Source of the DNA: Euprymna scolopes
Lineage: Eukaryota
DNA: 64,000 nucleotides
Assembly (NCBI GenBank): GCA_053919585.1
Contig: CM132790.1
Direction: 5' to 3' (one strand)
Shown: positions 26,795 through 40,335 of the stretch, piece by piece
Numbering within the stretch: the stretch's first letter is position 1
Layout of the letters: each line of letters begins with the position of its first letter
Position numbers and translations under genes: made by a program
Notes under the pieces: model-generated
What the model was told of the DNA's origin: nothing
The model's database searches: none
The model's input: the letters and a program-made list of their open reading frames with translations, nothing else

Positions 26795-27252
26795 TACATG
26801 GAGTGTTTTTAAAAACACAATTTTGGTTTGACAAATGTGGGTTCTTTTATTGTAGATTTTTCAGATATCAGATATTTTGATTTTAGCCTGGTTCAGTAAT
26901 TCATAGAACAGTGTTTCCAAATTGCACACGATATAATAAATTTACCGAGGGAAACATTTAATAAACAAGGGAATCCACGAAATGGATTAATAAATTGGCT
27001 ACTTAATTCGAACGTCTTAACCCTGTTAGATTATTTTCCTTATGGGTAGGTATTGCTCATGTTTGCGCTGATGTGCTAGACATAATAGACAACTTGGAAA
27101 CAACATTTAACACGTTATGGTCGAAATACAGCCTAATTCAAAGCGTAAGTTTAGTTAATATTTCGCTAGGTCATATAGCTATGAAATATAACTTATTGTA
27201 TAATTAAAATATTTTTCTCTTAATTTTTTTAAAATTTATATTTATCCACCTA
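26795..27252 (+). mobile_element. Tc1/mariner remnant, rosa/DD41D-like
   Basis: GLINWLLNSNVLTLLDYFPYG*V.AHVCAD..DIIDNLE matches GPVNWPPRS.DLTPLDYFLWGYVKAHVYAD..TI..LE. Same family as 8084-8645. Confidence 0.65.
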
Positions 27253-27391
27253 CAAACACACGCAACACAAAATTTTGTATGTTTCATTCCCGTGTGAATT
27301 CGTCAGGTTACTGCGTTGAGATGATCGATTAAATGCATTATACTGATGACTCATCACGAGGATTTTACGAAGTATAATACATCTTGCATAT

Positions 27392-27424
<33 letters not shown>

Positions 27425-29164
27425 CATATATATAGTTTCATAACTTACTATGCCTAGCGTTTACACAACTATGGAAAACACCCTCCCCCTTAGTTGTTAC
27501 TAGAAAGGAGAAAAGATAACAGGGGTGTGAAGGAACAAAGTTGTTTTTTCTTCATTTTTTTACGCTTTACTAAGCTGTGCAATGAACTCTCTGAATAAGC
27601 TTTTCTTACATTCATTGTTCTATACTTTACAGCCACAACGTTATGTATTAAGAGAGGGAAAGTGTGCATATCTGTATATTTGGACTAATAACAACGTGTT
27701 GAAAATATTAGATATCATGTTATCAACGTCAACGAATAAGTACTCAAAACAATTCAGTGTTAAGATTATCGCTGTTCAATTATCTACACCAGATGTATGT
27801 ACGTTGTTCTTCTACTGAACGTTACTTATTGATGGTTAATTCGGCTAAGATAGACATTGCAGTTATGTGCAATGCGCACATGTGAACAAAACCAATTCGA
27901 ATTCTCCTTTGAGAATTGCGTTTACAAATATCCGAGCATTAGAATCAATCTAAACGATTGTGTATAATTTCTCTGCTAAGCTGCTTTATTATCTTAGCAT
28001 GAAGTGAATCTAACCTATACTTCCAACTTTGCGCCAATCATTTTCATATGAGTAGGGATTCAATTAAGGAATATGCACGGACTTGAGATTTACACTCATA
28101 ACAGCCTCTCATTGATTATTATATAAGTATTTCATGTTCTTCATATTATATCTTGGAAACCAGTTGTCATTTGAACTAGCTTGATCATGTTTCTGCCAGG
28201 ATAATACAGCCCTTGAGTTCAATTCTAGTTTCCAAATAGACGCATTTAAAGTTTATAATGTATAACAAAGATCCAAGTTTGCTTCCCCAAACTATAGAGA
28301 CGCAGCTGGTAACAGTGCGTATATTTCCTTATATCGCATTATCCTTCACACAGCATCAGTTTCTAGACCAGCCTCTCAGTTTGTGCGTACAAGCAAGTCT
28401 TACACTCGGGCAGAGTTATCTTTTTGACTACACTGTCCAAGGTTTATGTTCCCCAAATCCATATACGACGCGCTGTTCAGATTTAATATCTATAGGTATT
28501 ATTCCTATCTCTTGACCGCAAACTGATATGTTGTTGCCTAAATATATTTATATTTCAAAGAGGCTGTGGGAGTCCACCATAGACCACATCAGAGACACTT
28601 CATTGAATAAATAATTTTCTCTCCCCTCTCTTTCTCTCTCTCTCTCTCTCTCTCCTATTGTTTTGTATTATGAAAATGAAACGACTGAATGTTTCAGATA
28701 AAGCATTATAGAGAATTCCTCTGCAGAGAACTTCTGTAGAAATGTCCCTCGTTCTCAATTGGTTCAATTTAAACTTTGCAGCTGCAATTGCGCAAAGTAG
28801 AAAACTTTCGCCGATCACGCCGCAATGACTGAGATAAATATACCTTAAAACTTTAAAAAGTTAGACTTTTTAATCTCNNNNNNNNNNNNNNNNNNNNNNN
28901 NNNNNNNNNNNNNNNNNNNNNNNNNNNNNNNNNNNNNNNNNNNNNNNNNNNNNNNNNNNNNNNNNNNNNNNNNNNNNNNNNNNNNNNNNNNNNNNNNNNN
29001 NNNNNNNNNNNNNNNNNNNNNNNNNNNNNNNNNNNNNNNNNNNNNNNNNNNNNNNNNNNNNNNNNNNNNNNNNNNNNNNNNNNNNNNNNNNNNNNNNNNN
29101 NNNNNNNNNNNNNNNNNNNNNNNNNNNNNNNNNNNNNNNNNNNNNNNNNNNNNNNNNNNNTAAT

Positions 29165-29580
29165 ACTAAGGGCAAAAACAAGATCCTCTCGTCAAGTATA
29201 TCGTATGTGGCGGATTTGTTTATTTTTATTTACGTTTAAATATCTTTAAATGTGTGCATCGTCGTGGTCGTCAAGGGTACTTAACGTTTGTCGCAGTTTC
29301 ACCGTTTGAATCCATACGAAGGGTAGAAATGGGGATTATCTCGTTAAGTATATCATATGTGATGGATTTGTTAATATTTATTTACGTATAAATGAGTGCA
29401 TCGTTGTCGTTGTTGAGAATATTGACGTTTGTAATAGTTTCATTGTTTGAATTTATACCAGAAACAGAAACAAAATTCTCTCGTTATTTATATAACGTGT
29501 ATGATGGATTTGTTTAATCTTATTTACGTATGAGTTTAAATGAGTGCATCGTTGTCGTCGAGGATACTTGACGTTTGGAT
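29165..29580. repeat. Tandem repeat, about 3 diverged units of 140-152 bp
   Basis: The block tctcgt...ggatttgtt...tttatttacgt...taaatg.gtgcatcgt.gt recurs at 29187, 29339 and 29479. Confidence 0.92.
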
Positions 29581-29599
29581 CGGTAGAAAGAACTGCCTT

Positions 29600-32500
29600 G
29601 GCCGACAATCTTTCTAGAGCTTGTGTCTCGATAAAACACTTGTTGGTTGCAACCATAAACACAACCCCCACAATAAACACAACAAGTTTTACGGGCAGGT
29701 AAAGCGCTCTAAACCTTGATTGACAGCCGTCAAGAGATTGTGTCGCGATAAAAATACCAAAGAAGGAACCTCCACAAAAAACAAGTAAATCGTATGATGA
29801 ATACAGATGCAAATGAATTAAATATAAGAAGGACTTCACATTACGTGTAAAACTCCGAACCCTCACAGTCAAAAGTTAAAGCGGGCAGCAATTTTGTAAC
29901 TGGAGTATCGAGTGTGCCCAAATCAAAGAAAATCAATTATTAAACTTGCAAGAAAATTGGCTACGATATGTAGTGGTGTGAAAAGAAAGTGGAACAAGGA
30001 AGCGTACATTATTGCCGTAGAATACAAGTGGGAGAGGAATTGGATGGTCATGCAAGAGGAATTGGAAAGGTGACGCATAGATACTGAGAAGATCGATTTG
30101 TTTGGAATGATGGAAAATAAGCTGATGAATGAGAAAGGAACAATATTAGAAAATGGTGGCTTACGCCAGTTGACATAGAATCGATCAGGCGGGAGGATAG
30201 TAAAGAGCCTAACTTGCAGTGCATCAGCCAGTGGCATTGACTATGCTGAAATCTTGCAAAAATCAGATTCTGTTAAAACTTCCAAAACCGTCGAAAGAGT
30301 ACAAAGAAGAAAAAACAAAAATTACACTATGGGAATGATTGATAATGATAGGGTTAAAAAGGAGTGAAGTAGGCTAACCAAACAATAGTGAGGTTTCTAG
30401 TACGCAAATAAAAGATGGTGAATAAATTAGCTGATTTAAACAAAAATAATGAGGTATGGTGAAAAGGGAAATTTTTTTAATTACAAAAATATTGACGAGA
30501 CAAAATAAAGGAATGCGACAAATAAAGTGAACAGGTAATGAAGAAGGTGTTACTGGAGAGCATAACATATGCCAAAGGCACTTTGCAGGCAAGAGCTGTG
30601 CTAATTGGTGAGATGGTTAGAGTGAAAGAAAAAATGAAACAGAAAAAAAGAACCACATTGGGAAAGGAGAATAAAAGGAACGCTAAACAGATTAAATAAA
30701 TATCTAGCTCGACTTCAGGAAATGTTCAAAGGTCAGTAGAACGAATGCAATTAAGAAGAGCAAAAAGAACTAGACAGACGATAGCCACTGAACGCCAAAG
30801 GGGTTGCTACCACTATGGAGTAGATAAAGCAGCAAATTATGACAGAAAACTGTACTGATTAGTTGGTATTATAACAAAATTAATGACAACAATGTATTCA
30901 AAACACCAGTCAACGTTTTTTTTGAAATCTGGAAGGAGGTGAGACAAAAACAGTGGCTCCTAACTCTCAAGTGGCTACCTAATTTTGATCAAGTATATGG
31001 TAACTAGAAACGTGATGCTGACTGGATCGCTAGAGTAAGTAAAACACTAGAAACGCATAAATAAAAGAATATTCACATTTTTGTTAGAGATTTGAAGAAA
31101 AAAATTTGAATTTATTCCCAAGCGGAAAGAACCCGAACTTGATGGAATTCAAGGGTACTGGTTGCGATCATTCACAGAAAACCATGAACGGCTTGCTGTT
31201 TCTCTGGATGCTTCTTTCATATTATTCCTTATTCCAGAATGGCTTCGTGGGAATGACTATCTTAATAATGAATTATCCTGCTAAAGGTACAGATGTTTAA
31301 AATTATAGACCAGTTGTTTGCTTGAATTTGCTTTGGAAAACACTGACAGGGATAATCAGTTCAAAAATATATGACGATCTTGCAGTAAATCAGTAACTAT
31401 CTATTGAACTTACCGGAAAATAGGTTTAGGAACAAAAGACAAATTATCGATTGTTGAATCCATTTTAAAGAACTGCAAAAAGAGAAATGCAAACCTGAAT
31501 GTAGTTTGCATAAATTACAAGAAGACTTATTATATAATGCCGCAGTCGTGGGTTTTCTCGAACGTTGGTGGCTGCAAATATAATGGAGTTCATATGGAAA
31601 AAGTATGATCTGTTGAATAACCAACCTTATGGAAAAATTATGATCTGTTGAATAACCAACCTTTTTTAGATAGGAGACAATTAGGGGCAGTCACCTTTAG
31701 ACGCGGTATATTTCAAAGAGATTCCGTTCCGCCACTTCCATTTTTAATAACATTTATACCATTGGTGTATGTATTAAGAGAGACACAGATGGAATACTAA
31801 CTAGAGAAAAATATAACAAAGTTCAGCCACAGACTATATGAAATTGTTTGACAAAATAATAAAATAACTTTACTCTCTGGTTCCAGGTGTACCAGTTGAG
31901 TGAAGTCATAAGTATGGAGTATGGAATTCCAAACGTGAAGTTGTTCGTCTTAAACGAAGGAAGAGAGGAGCTTTGAAATGCCATCATTTATCAAATGGTT
32001 AAAGATTAGGAGATCCCGATGCAGACTCCTTCAAGTACCTTTGGTGGTTAAACTTTCTACGATACTTTGCCATGAAATGAAAAAGTAAACGAAAGAGGTG
32101 TATATGAGGAGAATGAAACTGCTTCTGAAATGTATACTGAATGGTAGAAAACTGCTCCAGCCATCAATTCATGGGCGGTTCTGTAATCAAGAACAGAGTA
32201 GGCTTTGTAAGATGGACACAGAAAAAAATAAGGAAGCTGGATAGAGACACACGAAAACCGTTGATCAAGTATGGAGTACGTCACCTAAATTATAATGTGC
32301 TCAGGCTGAACATCACAAAGAAAAAGGGCTGGTTGGGATTAAATAATATGTCGAGGGAGAGTTTAGAAGTGTTCACCACTACTTGACTAATATGTGTTCC
32401 TTGCGGCAGTACCAACAGAGGATGATAAACAGCTGTACTAGGAAAGAATCGAAGCAGAAAAGTTGACGAATTGTTGGTACGAATGAACCTTCATAGTCGG

Positions 32501-33307
32501 TTTCAGCGAAATACTCAAGCACAAAATTGTCAGGACAGGGAGGATCTTTCTGTCCAAAGGTAACTTGAAAAGATAAATAGAAAATTTTATATTTGCTGCT
32601 CAGGAAACTAAATATAAATGTAATGAATAAAATAAATCTATGGAAATGACTGTTCCATTAAGTGTATGGTTGTGTGGCATATCTCTTGAAACAGTATCAC
32701 ATATTGTTAGTTCGTGTTCTATACTAGCTCAAAAAGAATACACACTTCGCCATGAGAAAATTTGTACAAATCGGCACTGGAGTTTGTGCCAAATGTTTAG
32801 AATTTAAGTCACGGACAAATGGTACCAACATTACCAAGAAAGGGATCGTGGAAAATGAGGACATTACTATTTTTTAGAGATTTCATGATTCAGCATGGCC
32901 AAGAGATTACTCATAGGAAACCGAATAGTTGTAAAGATGAATACTAATGAATGATAAATTATTGGTGTGGCTTGCCCAAACGACATCAACTTGACAGTAA
33001 AGAAGACTGAACAAATACGGACATATCAGAAACTGATGGCGCATTTTGCTTTATTGTTGAATAAGAAAACTTTCGTAGTATCAATAATCATAGGTGCGTT
33101 GTTTCAATTCCTCATGATCGTGTGAAAAAGCAGAACTCCTGGAGAATCAGACATGTCCCCGTAAAGTCAGTTCTGCGTGGTTCCGTAAACATCCTACGCC
33201 AGTTTTTTTATATAATGGTCTCTATGAATATTTCCGCTAGCTGTTGTGTAAGAGCCCGCTTTTAATGGAAAAACGGCGTAAAAAATCACAACGCTGTGAA
33301 GGTAACG

Positions 33308-33309
<2 letters not shown>
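29600..33309 (+). mobile_element. Near full-length, decayed Dong/R4-type non-LTR retrotransposon (Myb-like N-terminus, RT, CCHC finger, RLE)
   Basis: KRKWNKE (29981), NYRPVVCLNLLWKTLTGII (~31300), RRGIFQRDS (~31700), IRKLDRDTRK (~32230), ETVSHIVSSCSILAQKEYTLRH (~32690), DKWYQH and IIGVACPND (~32960). It ends at (TAA)n and has many stops and frameshifts. Confidence 0.9.

Positions 33310-33368
<59 letters not shown>
33310..33368. repeat. (TAA)n tract joining two LINEs
   Basis: Directly visible. Confidence 0.97.
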
Positions 33369-33369
<1 letters not shown>

Positions 33370-33370
<1 letters not shown>

Positions 33371-35260
33371 CTATCGTGTGCTTACTCTCTGTGTCGAAAA
33401 TACTAACGGCACAAATGAGGGAAAAATCCATCACTCCCCTGAATAATTATGGACTTCTTTCCGATGAACAGAAAGGATGCTAAAAACGAAAAAGAGGAAG
33501 ACATAATCTGCTATCTATAGATCCAAATATCCTGAAGGGGTTAAAAACAATGGCAAGATCACCTATTGAAAATGCGATGAAACATGGAGACTAGAAATGA
33601 CAGCTGATGGACAACACATAACAGAAAGTAACATTCAAAGAGGCATCTTACAAGGATATTTATTATCACTATTACTGTTCATCATAGCCATGCTGCCCCT
33701 ACACTATATACTGATAAAGTGCCGAGCCGGTTACAAGTTCTCTAATGCAGAGATATAAATTAACCTCATGATGTACACGAACGATCTGAATCCTTTTGTA
33801 AGGACCGAAAGGAACTAGATACACTAATAACTACTACCAGGATCTTCAGCCAGGATATCCAAGTGGGGTTTTGTATGGAAAAGTGCACACTAGTAGTTAT
33901 ACGAAAGGAGAAAACTGGAATCGACACAATGCATGGGACTACCCAACCAAACGGAGATGAGAACACTAGGGGAAGAGGATGCTTATAAATACTTGGAAGT
34001 TCTGGAAGCAGACACCCACAAGAACAGAAATTAAAGAGATAATTGGAAAGGAATACATCAGGAGAACAAGAAAACTCCTGGAAATTAGATTATATAGCAG
34101 AAGCCTTACAGGCATGAATACATACACTGGCTCATTAGTAAAACACTCTGGACTGTCCATAAGGTGGTATAAAGAAGAAGTTAGGCGGTTCGATAAGAAG
34201 ACCAGGAAACTCATGATCATGCACAATGCCCTACACCCAAAGATCGACGTTGACCGATCCTACATGAAAATGGAAAAGACGACAGGAGAGGTCTGGTTTG
34301 CATAGGAAAATGTGTGAATAAAGAAACAAAATAGAAAAAAATACATAATGCAGAATACCAGAGGAATAATTGTGGCAGCGAGAGACACTGAAGTAACAAC
34401 AAAACAGAAAACAGAGAGACAAAGTATAAGACGAGAAAAATAATGGCAAGAGAAACAACTAAATGGAAAATTCATGAGGATGAAAAAAATTAGAATAAAC
34501 AAAACACTTGGATATGGATGCGAAAAAGACACGTAAAATGAGAAACTGTATCCCTAATAAATGCAGCACAAAATAAACAAGTAATAACCAACCACATAAA
34601 CGCAAAGAATAGCAAAACACAAGAAAACAGCAAATGCGGACTTTGTGGACAAAGAAAAGAAACGATAACCCATATAGTAAGCTAATGCCACAAACTGACC
34701 TAAAAGGATTACAAGAACAGGTACAGACAAGTGGCGAAGGCAGTACAATGGGAATTATGCAAACAACTACATCTCGATCGCACAGACAAATGGTACAAGC
34801 ATAAGCCGGCACCAGAACTTGAAAACGAGAACCGCAATATCCTATGGGACATGGACATACAAACAGATAAACCCACCCAAGCTAGAAGACCGGATGTCGT
34901 AATAATTAACAAGAAAGAAAAGCCCTGTCAAATCGTAGATTTAGCTGTTGCAGCTGACCACAGGGTAAATAGCCAAGAAGAGTGGAAACGGTGCAAACAC
35001 ACAAAGTAAGCCACAGAGCTTAAAAAGATATAGATGATGAAAAAGATCAACATAATACCTATAATAGTAGAAGCACTATCAAGAATTCCGCAAAGACTGA
35101 AAAAAAGAATGGGAGAAATTGGAATCTGAGGAACGGCTCGAAAAATACAACGTATATCAAGAATGAAAACAAGTGAAATATTAAGGAAAATCCTAGAATG
35201 CGGTGACTAATCCACATGAGTCACATGCGCAGGCCAGACAAACTGTTGCAGAGACAAAAC
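33370..35260 (+). mobile_element. 5'-truncated Dong/R4-type non-LTR retrotransposon (RT to RLE)
   Basis: PIVCLLSVSKILT..EQKGC, IQRGILQG, MMYTNDL (RT YxDD relic), DKKTRKLMIMHNALHPKIDVDR, CGLCGQ..ETITHI and ILWDMDIQTDKPTQARRPDVVIINKKEKPCQIVDLAV (ORFs 33979, 34731). Confidence 0.92.
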
Positions 35261-35279
35261 ATGAAGGACAATTACTTGG

Positions 35280-35470
35280 AACAAGGATATTGAAGCTGCA
35301 AAAAAGTTAGGCAGAATAGTCGAGAAGGATCAAAGAGGATGTTAAGACCAAGGAGAGAGCACTGCCCAGACTTCCGCTGGACAAATGCGAAGAGTACTGG
35401 CTATTTGGGAGACTTATTGCCACTAAAATACCAGTGAAAACCAATGGCCGCTTCGTGCGAGAAATCAATG
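35280..35470 (+). mobile_element. Further decayed 3' end of an RLE-type LINE
   Basis: gaagagtactggctatttgggagacttattgccactaaaataccagtgaaaacca resembles the RRVL*-plus-3' UTR ends of this LINE group (from recall). Confidence 0.4.
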
Positions 35471-36451
35471 GTAAGCGACTGTTGCGATAATGCAAACTCA
35501 TTTACAAGCGTTATCAGATAAAGTGGAAGGGGAGTACTGGAAATGTGATGATACTTGTTGTCACCCACCTTCCACGGAACGCCGCAGATTGTTTTCAAAG
35601 AGAGATCGTTGATTACCTGTGTGAAACCTTATTGTGATCCAATAATAATAATCTATTAAAAATACATACATTGGAAAGTAAATATAATTTTATTTTAATA
35701 ATACATAAGATAATTCCTATATAAAACATAAATTCAACTTTAGTAATTTAATTAATAAATTATATATAATAAATTAATTACCGACGTATTTAAATGAATG
35801 CTACTGCAAACAATAGCAAAGTATACATTTTTCGTCAGTTTTGACGGAAGGTGTACATTTGACGAATATATTAACTGGAAAGAAATGCTCGTTTGTAGCA
35901 TGATACCAGCGTGTTCGCATATATTGCGACTATACAAAGAGACGCACCTGTTGTTTTATTCTGACGTGATAAATCGTGTGGCACCATCTGTTGTGTGGAC
36001 TGGCAATCACTCAAACTTGTTCCCAGATGATTTGGTCCACGGGTGTCATTTGGTCTTTCATAAATTTCCTTTCAGTGTAACCTTGAACATGTATATTATA
36101 ATCACTTACTGAGTTGTTCTTGGAAATATATTGATTTTATCAAGTAAGACTATCACTTTTCGTAAAAATTATACATTTAATTTATTCATGCACAGGCTCA
36201 TATGAATATAATCATAATTACCTCTCACACTTCGGTCAAATGTTTATTTTCTAAATAAAAATATTATTTATACTNNNNNNNNNNNNNNNNNNNNNNNNNN
36301 NNNNNNNNNNNNNNNNNNNNNNNNNNNNNNNNNNNNNNNNNNNNNNNNNNNNNNNNNNNNNNNNNNNNNNNNNNNNNNNNNNNNNNNNNNNNNNNNNNNN
36401 NNNNNNNNNNNNNNNNNNNNNNNNNNNNNNNNNNNNNNNNNNNNNNNNNNN

Positions 36452-36790
36452 GAATCTAAAGAGCAGAGCTTATTTTACTGTGTTAATATATGTATTAATG
36501 CTTTTACAGTGTCCATAGTACAGTAGATATATAATAAGCTACACAGGTATATGTATTCTCGAGCTATATTATGACTTCTCGTATCGCCAGTTTATTTCAA
36601 CCAGTCGGAGACAAGATACAGCAGTATGCCTAAAGATATACTGACTACACTTAAAACAAATTTTCTAATGGAGCTCAATAAAGAATATCCACCTTACTTA
36701 CGATGAAAATACTAGTTTTATTTTGGTGTCTTCAATCCCCCTTTATTTTTTGCTGATGAGTAGATTATGTTCGAAGACAAAGCATTTCTC
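36452..36790 (+). mobile_element. Decayed Penelope-like (Neptune-like) GIY-YIG 3' end
   Basis: VLMLLQCP (cf. IY.LQCP) and ILTTLKTNFLMELNKE (cf. WI..LKT..P.GLN.E), followed by ctgatga...gaag at 36753-36776. Confidence 0.45.
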
Positions 36791-37355
36791 AATAATTGCC
36801 AATAATTATTGTAAATTTTAATAAAATGAACATCGTTTCCGAAAGAATCGTACACTCGCGTTGATTTTGTTCGTTCTTTTTCCTTTTGAAACTGATTTTT
36901 AGTTCACGTATATATATATGTATATGTGAATTAACAATCAGTTTCAAAAGGAAAAAAAAAACAACAAAATACATGTGTGTATGTGTGTGTGTGGGTGTGT
37001 GTGTGTGTGTATAATGGCTTTTGAGTGAGTACACCCATTTATTGTCGCAATTATAAAGGAAAGACATATTTTTATAATGTCCATGATTAAATGTGCAAGG
37101 TAAGTTAAACTGTTACCGATCGGTTTAGCCCCTACCTGAATTTCATACGACAATAGGACAACTATCTCAACTTTAATCGATATACATCGTCTAACCAATT
37201 TTAATATTAACATTTTTTTATCAAGTTAAATAATGTTATTTTCTATAAATTAAGCCGCATGCTATATACAACGATAGCTTCAGTTAAAGAAAAGGAGAAT
37301 GAGTAGGTATTATTATCTAGCAAAATCTTTGTTTAATACAGTTCAAGAAGAAATC

Positions 37356-37450
37356 ATAATAATAATAATAATAATAATAATGATAATAACAACAACAATA
37401 ATAATAATAAAGGCAACAATACTACTAATACTACTACTACTACTACTGCA

Positions 37451-37489
<39 letters not shown>
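37356..37489. repeat. Compound (TAA)/(CAA)/(CTA) microsatellite
   Basis: Directly visible. Confidence 0.95.
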
Positions 37490-38241
37490 CTCATTAATAT
37501 TTGTGTCTTTTGGATGTTTGTTTTAATTCAACGATTACAAGAAACCACGTTCAAAGTTCCTTAACCTTTGTTTTGATTCAAATCTACTATTACTCTATTT
37601 AAAGCTTATTTTGTTACTTATATTCACACATAGTTATTCAAATATTACAAAGAACTTGAATGTCTTCAATACTATACTCGATTGTCTAAGATCTGTTTGT
37701 ACGGGGGTAAGTCAGGCCAACATGGTATGAGAATACTTTTCGCTAGAAGCAAACCTGAGTAAGTATTGAAAACAACATAGCATTGGAAACTCAAGTATAA
37801 TCTCTTCGGTATATATACACTATGCATACTATGCGATTGTCTAGTTTACATTACCTGACTGATGTTGCTTATAGCAAACACACTAAGCTAGGTTCTCCAG
37901 CAGACTAGTTAAATTCTAGGCTTGAAATTCAATAAGAGCAAAGTATCAAAAGAAGTATGTGATATTACGTAGTTAACTGGCCAATAATCGAGTAGAAAAG
38001 TACTATTTTAATTGCTGATAAAGCTCAATGTTTGGGAGTTGAAAGTTGGCTGTGATAGAGTATTTGAATAGCTATGAACTCATATAGATATTAAGTATAA
38101 GCCAGTGAAAGTAACCCGTTTTTTTGGGGGGGGGTTCCAGTTTTTGGTTTTTGAGGCAAAAAAGTATACCATGATAGTAATAAGGTAGAGCTATGCTTTT
38201 CCATATGAATCTTATTATTTTATCTTTGAATCTGAAGCTGA

Positions 38242-39056
38242 TTCAAATTTTATATACCAATTCTCCCTGTAATGTAAATTAAGATATTTAAATTTTATTA
38301 ACACAGCCACCGTGTTATGTAAATTAGGATATTCAATTTTTATTTACCAACTCTCCATGTAATGTAAATTAATATATTCAGATTTTATTTATCAAGTCAC
38401 CCTGTTATATAAATTAAGATATTTAAATTTTATTAACCAAGTCAGGATGTTATGTAAATTAAGATATTCAAATTAAATAACCAAATCAGCCTATTATGTA
38501 AATTAAGATATTCAAATTTTATTAACCAAGCAACCATGTCATATAAATTAAGATATTCAAATTTTATTAACCAAACAACCTTGTCATATAAATTAAGATA
38601 TCCAAATTTTATTAACAAAGCCACCATGTCATATAAATTAAGATATTCAAATTTTATTAACAAAGCCAGCATGTCATATAAATTAAGATATCCAAATTTT
38701 ATTAACCAAGCCACCATGTCATATAAATTAAGATATTCAAATTTTATTAACAAAGCCACCATGTTATATAAATTAAGATATTCAAATTTTATTAACAAAG
38801 CCACCATGTCATATAAATTAAGATATCCAAATTTTATTAACAAAGCCACCATATCATATAAATTAAGATATTCTAATTTTATTAGCACAGTAACCCTGTC
38901 ATATAAATTAAGATATTCAATTTTTAATAACCAAGACAGCATGTTATATAAATTAAGATATTCAATTTTTATTAATAAAGTCACCATGTCATATAAATTA
39001 AGATGTTTATATTTTATTAACCAAGTCAGCATGGTATGCAAATTAAGATGTTCAAT
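38242..39056. repeat. 45-bp minisatellite, about 18 copies
   Basis: Unit atgtcatataaattaagatattcaaattttattaacaaagccacc; near-identical in the core and diverged at both edges. Confidence 0.97.
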
Positions 39057-40134
39057 AGCTACGTTTTTATTCATCGTTTGTCTATTCCCATCAACATGAG
39101 TTTATGTTATGTAAATACCAAACTATTCTAAATTCTCATTATATAAATGGACGAAAAATTCAACGCATTCATTTGAATGTCTAATGTTCATTACTATTTT
39201 AAGTAGTCTGTAAAGAATTACTTATGTGTGTTAATATGTTAATTTTATTGTCATTTTTTATTTTTCATATAGAAAAACGGATAATTTACTTAACAGTTAT
39301 TTTTAATTATTTTTTCAATAAATCAAGCAAACAATGCTCAGTATAATTCTAATCAATAGGCAAAAAAAAAAAATGAAATAGAAACTAGGCTGTAAATTAG
39401 TCGATTGGATGTCCTGCGTGCGTTTTTTTCTCCGCTGCCGCAACCTGACCCCTTAATGATGCCTTATATTTCTCAGACAAACTGATTACTTCATTCATTT
39501 GTTTTCATTAGCGATTATTTAATAATATAGTTATGTTACAAAATGACGAAGATGTTTATGTCTATTATGTATGTTACTAAATGCGAGATATGTAGCCTTG
39601 TCCTTGTATAAAACGTTTATTATTTATAATGTTGTTCCAAGTATATCAAATAGCGCAGTTTTAATGATAGCGAGTTTGCAAAGCACACAAGTATAAACTA
39701 TAGTTATGTGCTGATCCTTAAATGGAAAAAGGTTGTTTGTATGCATTACAACTCGTGTCAGACAAATAACTATTTCATTAATGACTCGGATTAAAATGCA
39801 AAATTTCTGTTTCTTTTTTTTACCTAGTCCAAAAGCTCCTAAACCAAATATGAAAAGTTAACCTGTAATACGACGTCCTTACTAATATCGGAATTAAACA
39901 AAACGTAATGATTTCTGATTCGTCGCAGCTAGTTAAACCTGTTGAGCTTATAATTGTATCAACGAGCACGAGGAATATACAAATAAATCATTGATCATAT
40001 GGAATAAATGTTTGTTAATGAGTATCATCAATCTATAATAATCCGTCTAGTAATAACAATATTCAATTGTATTTTCCTTCGACTGGAATAGTTATTAATA
40101 TTATTTAGAAGCGAAAATAATTATATAACATTTC

Positions 40135-40335
40135 GGTGCTAGTGCACTTACTGATCCGCGCTATTTTTAAAAATCGTATTTCAAAGTTTAATTAAAGTTT
40201 TATGATACGCTTTTTATTCAACTGTAAGGTTAAAGTATAGGATAGGTACAAAACACCCTCCCCTCCCCATGTTAAGAATGGCTTTTAAATAATAACGGTA
40301 TTATTTCAGCAGGGATCAATAAGTGCACTAGTACC
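40135..40335. mobile_element. MITE (201 bp), probably Merlin superfamily
   Basis: TIRs ggtgctagtgcacttactgatcc / ggatcaataagtgcactagtacc (21 of 23 match). 8-bp TSD aacatttc / aacattta. GG termini plus an 8-bp TSD fit Merlin. Confidence 0.8.

Noticed and set aside
29165-29580. CRISPR-like array (also 22.6 kb, 38.2 kb and 42.5 kb arrays)
   Set aside because: Whole units are homologous with no unique spacers, there are no cas genes, and the context is eukaryotic.
38442-39074. 210-aa ORF with LEYLNL repeats resembling a leucine-rich repeat protein
   Set aside because: It is the translation of a 45-bp minisatellite; a 15-aa period is too short for an LRR and the opposite strand is also open.
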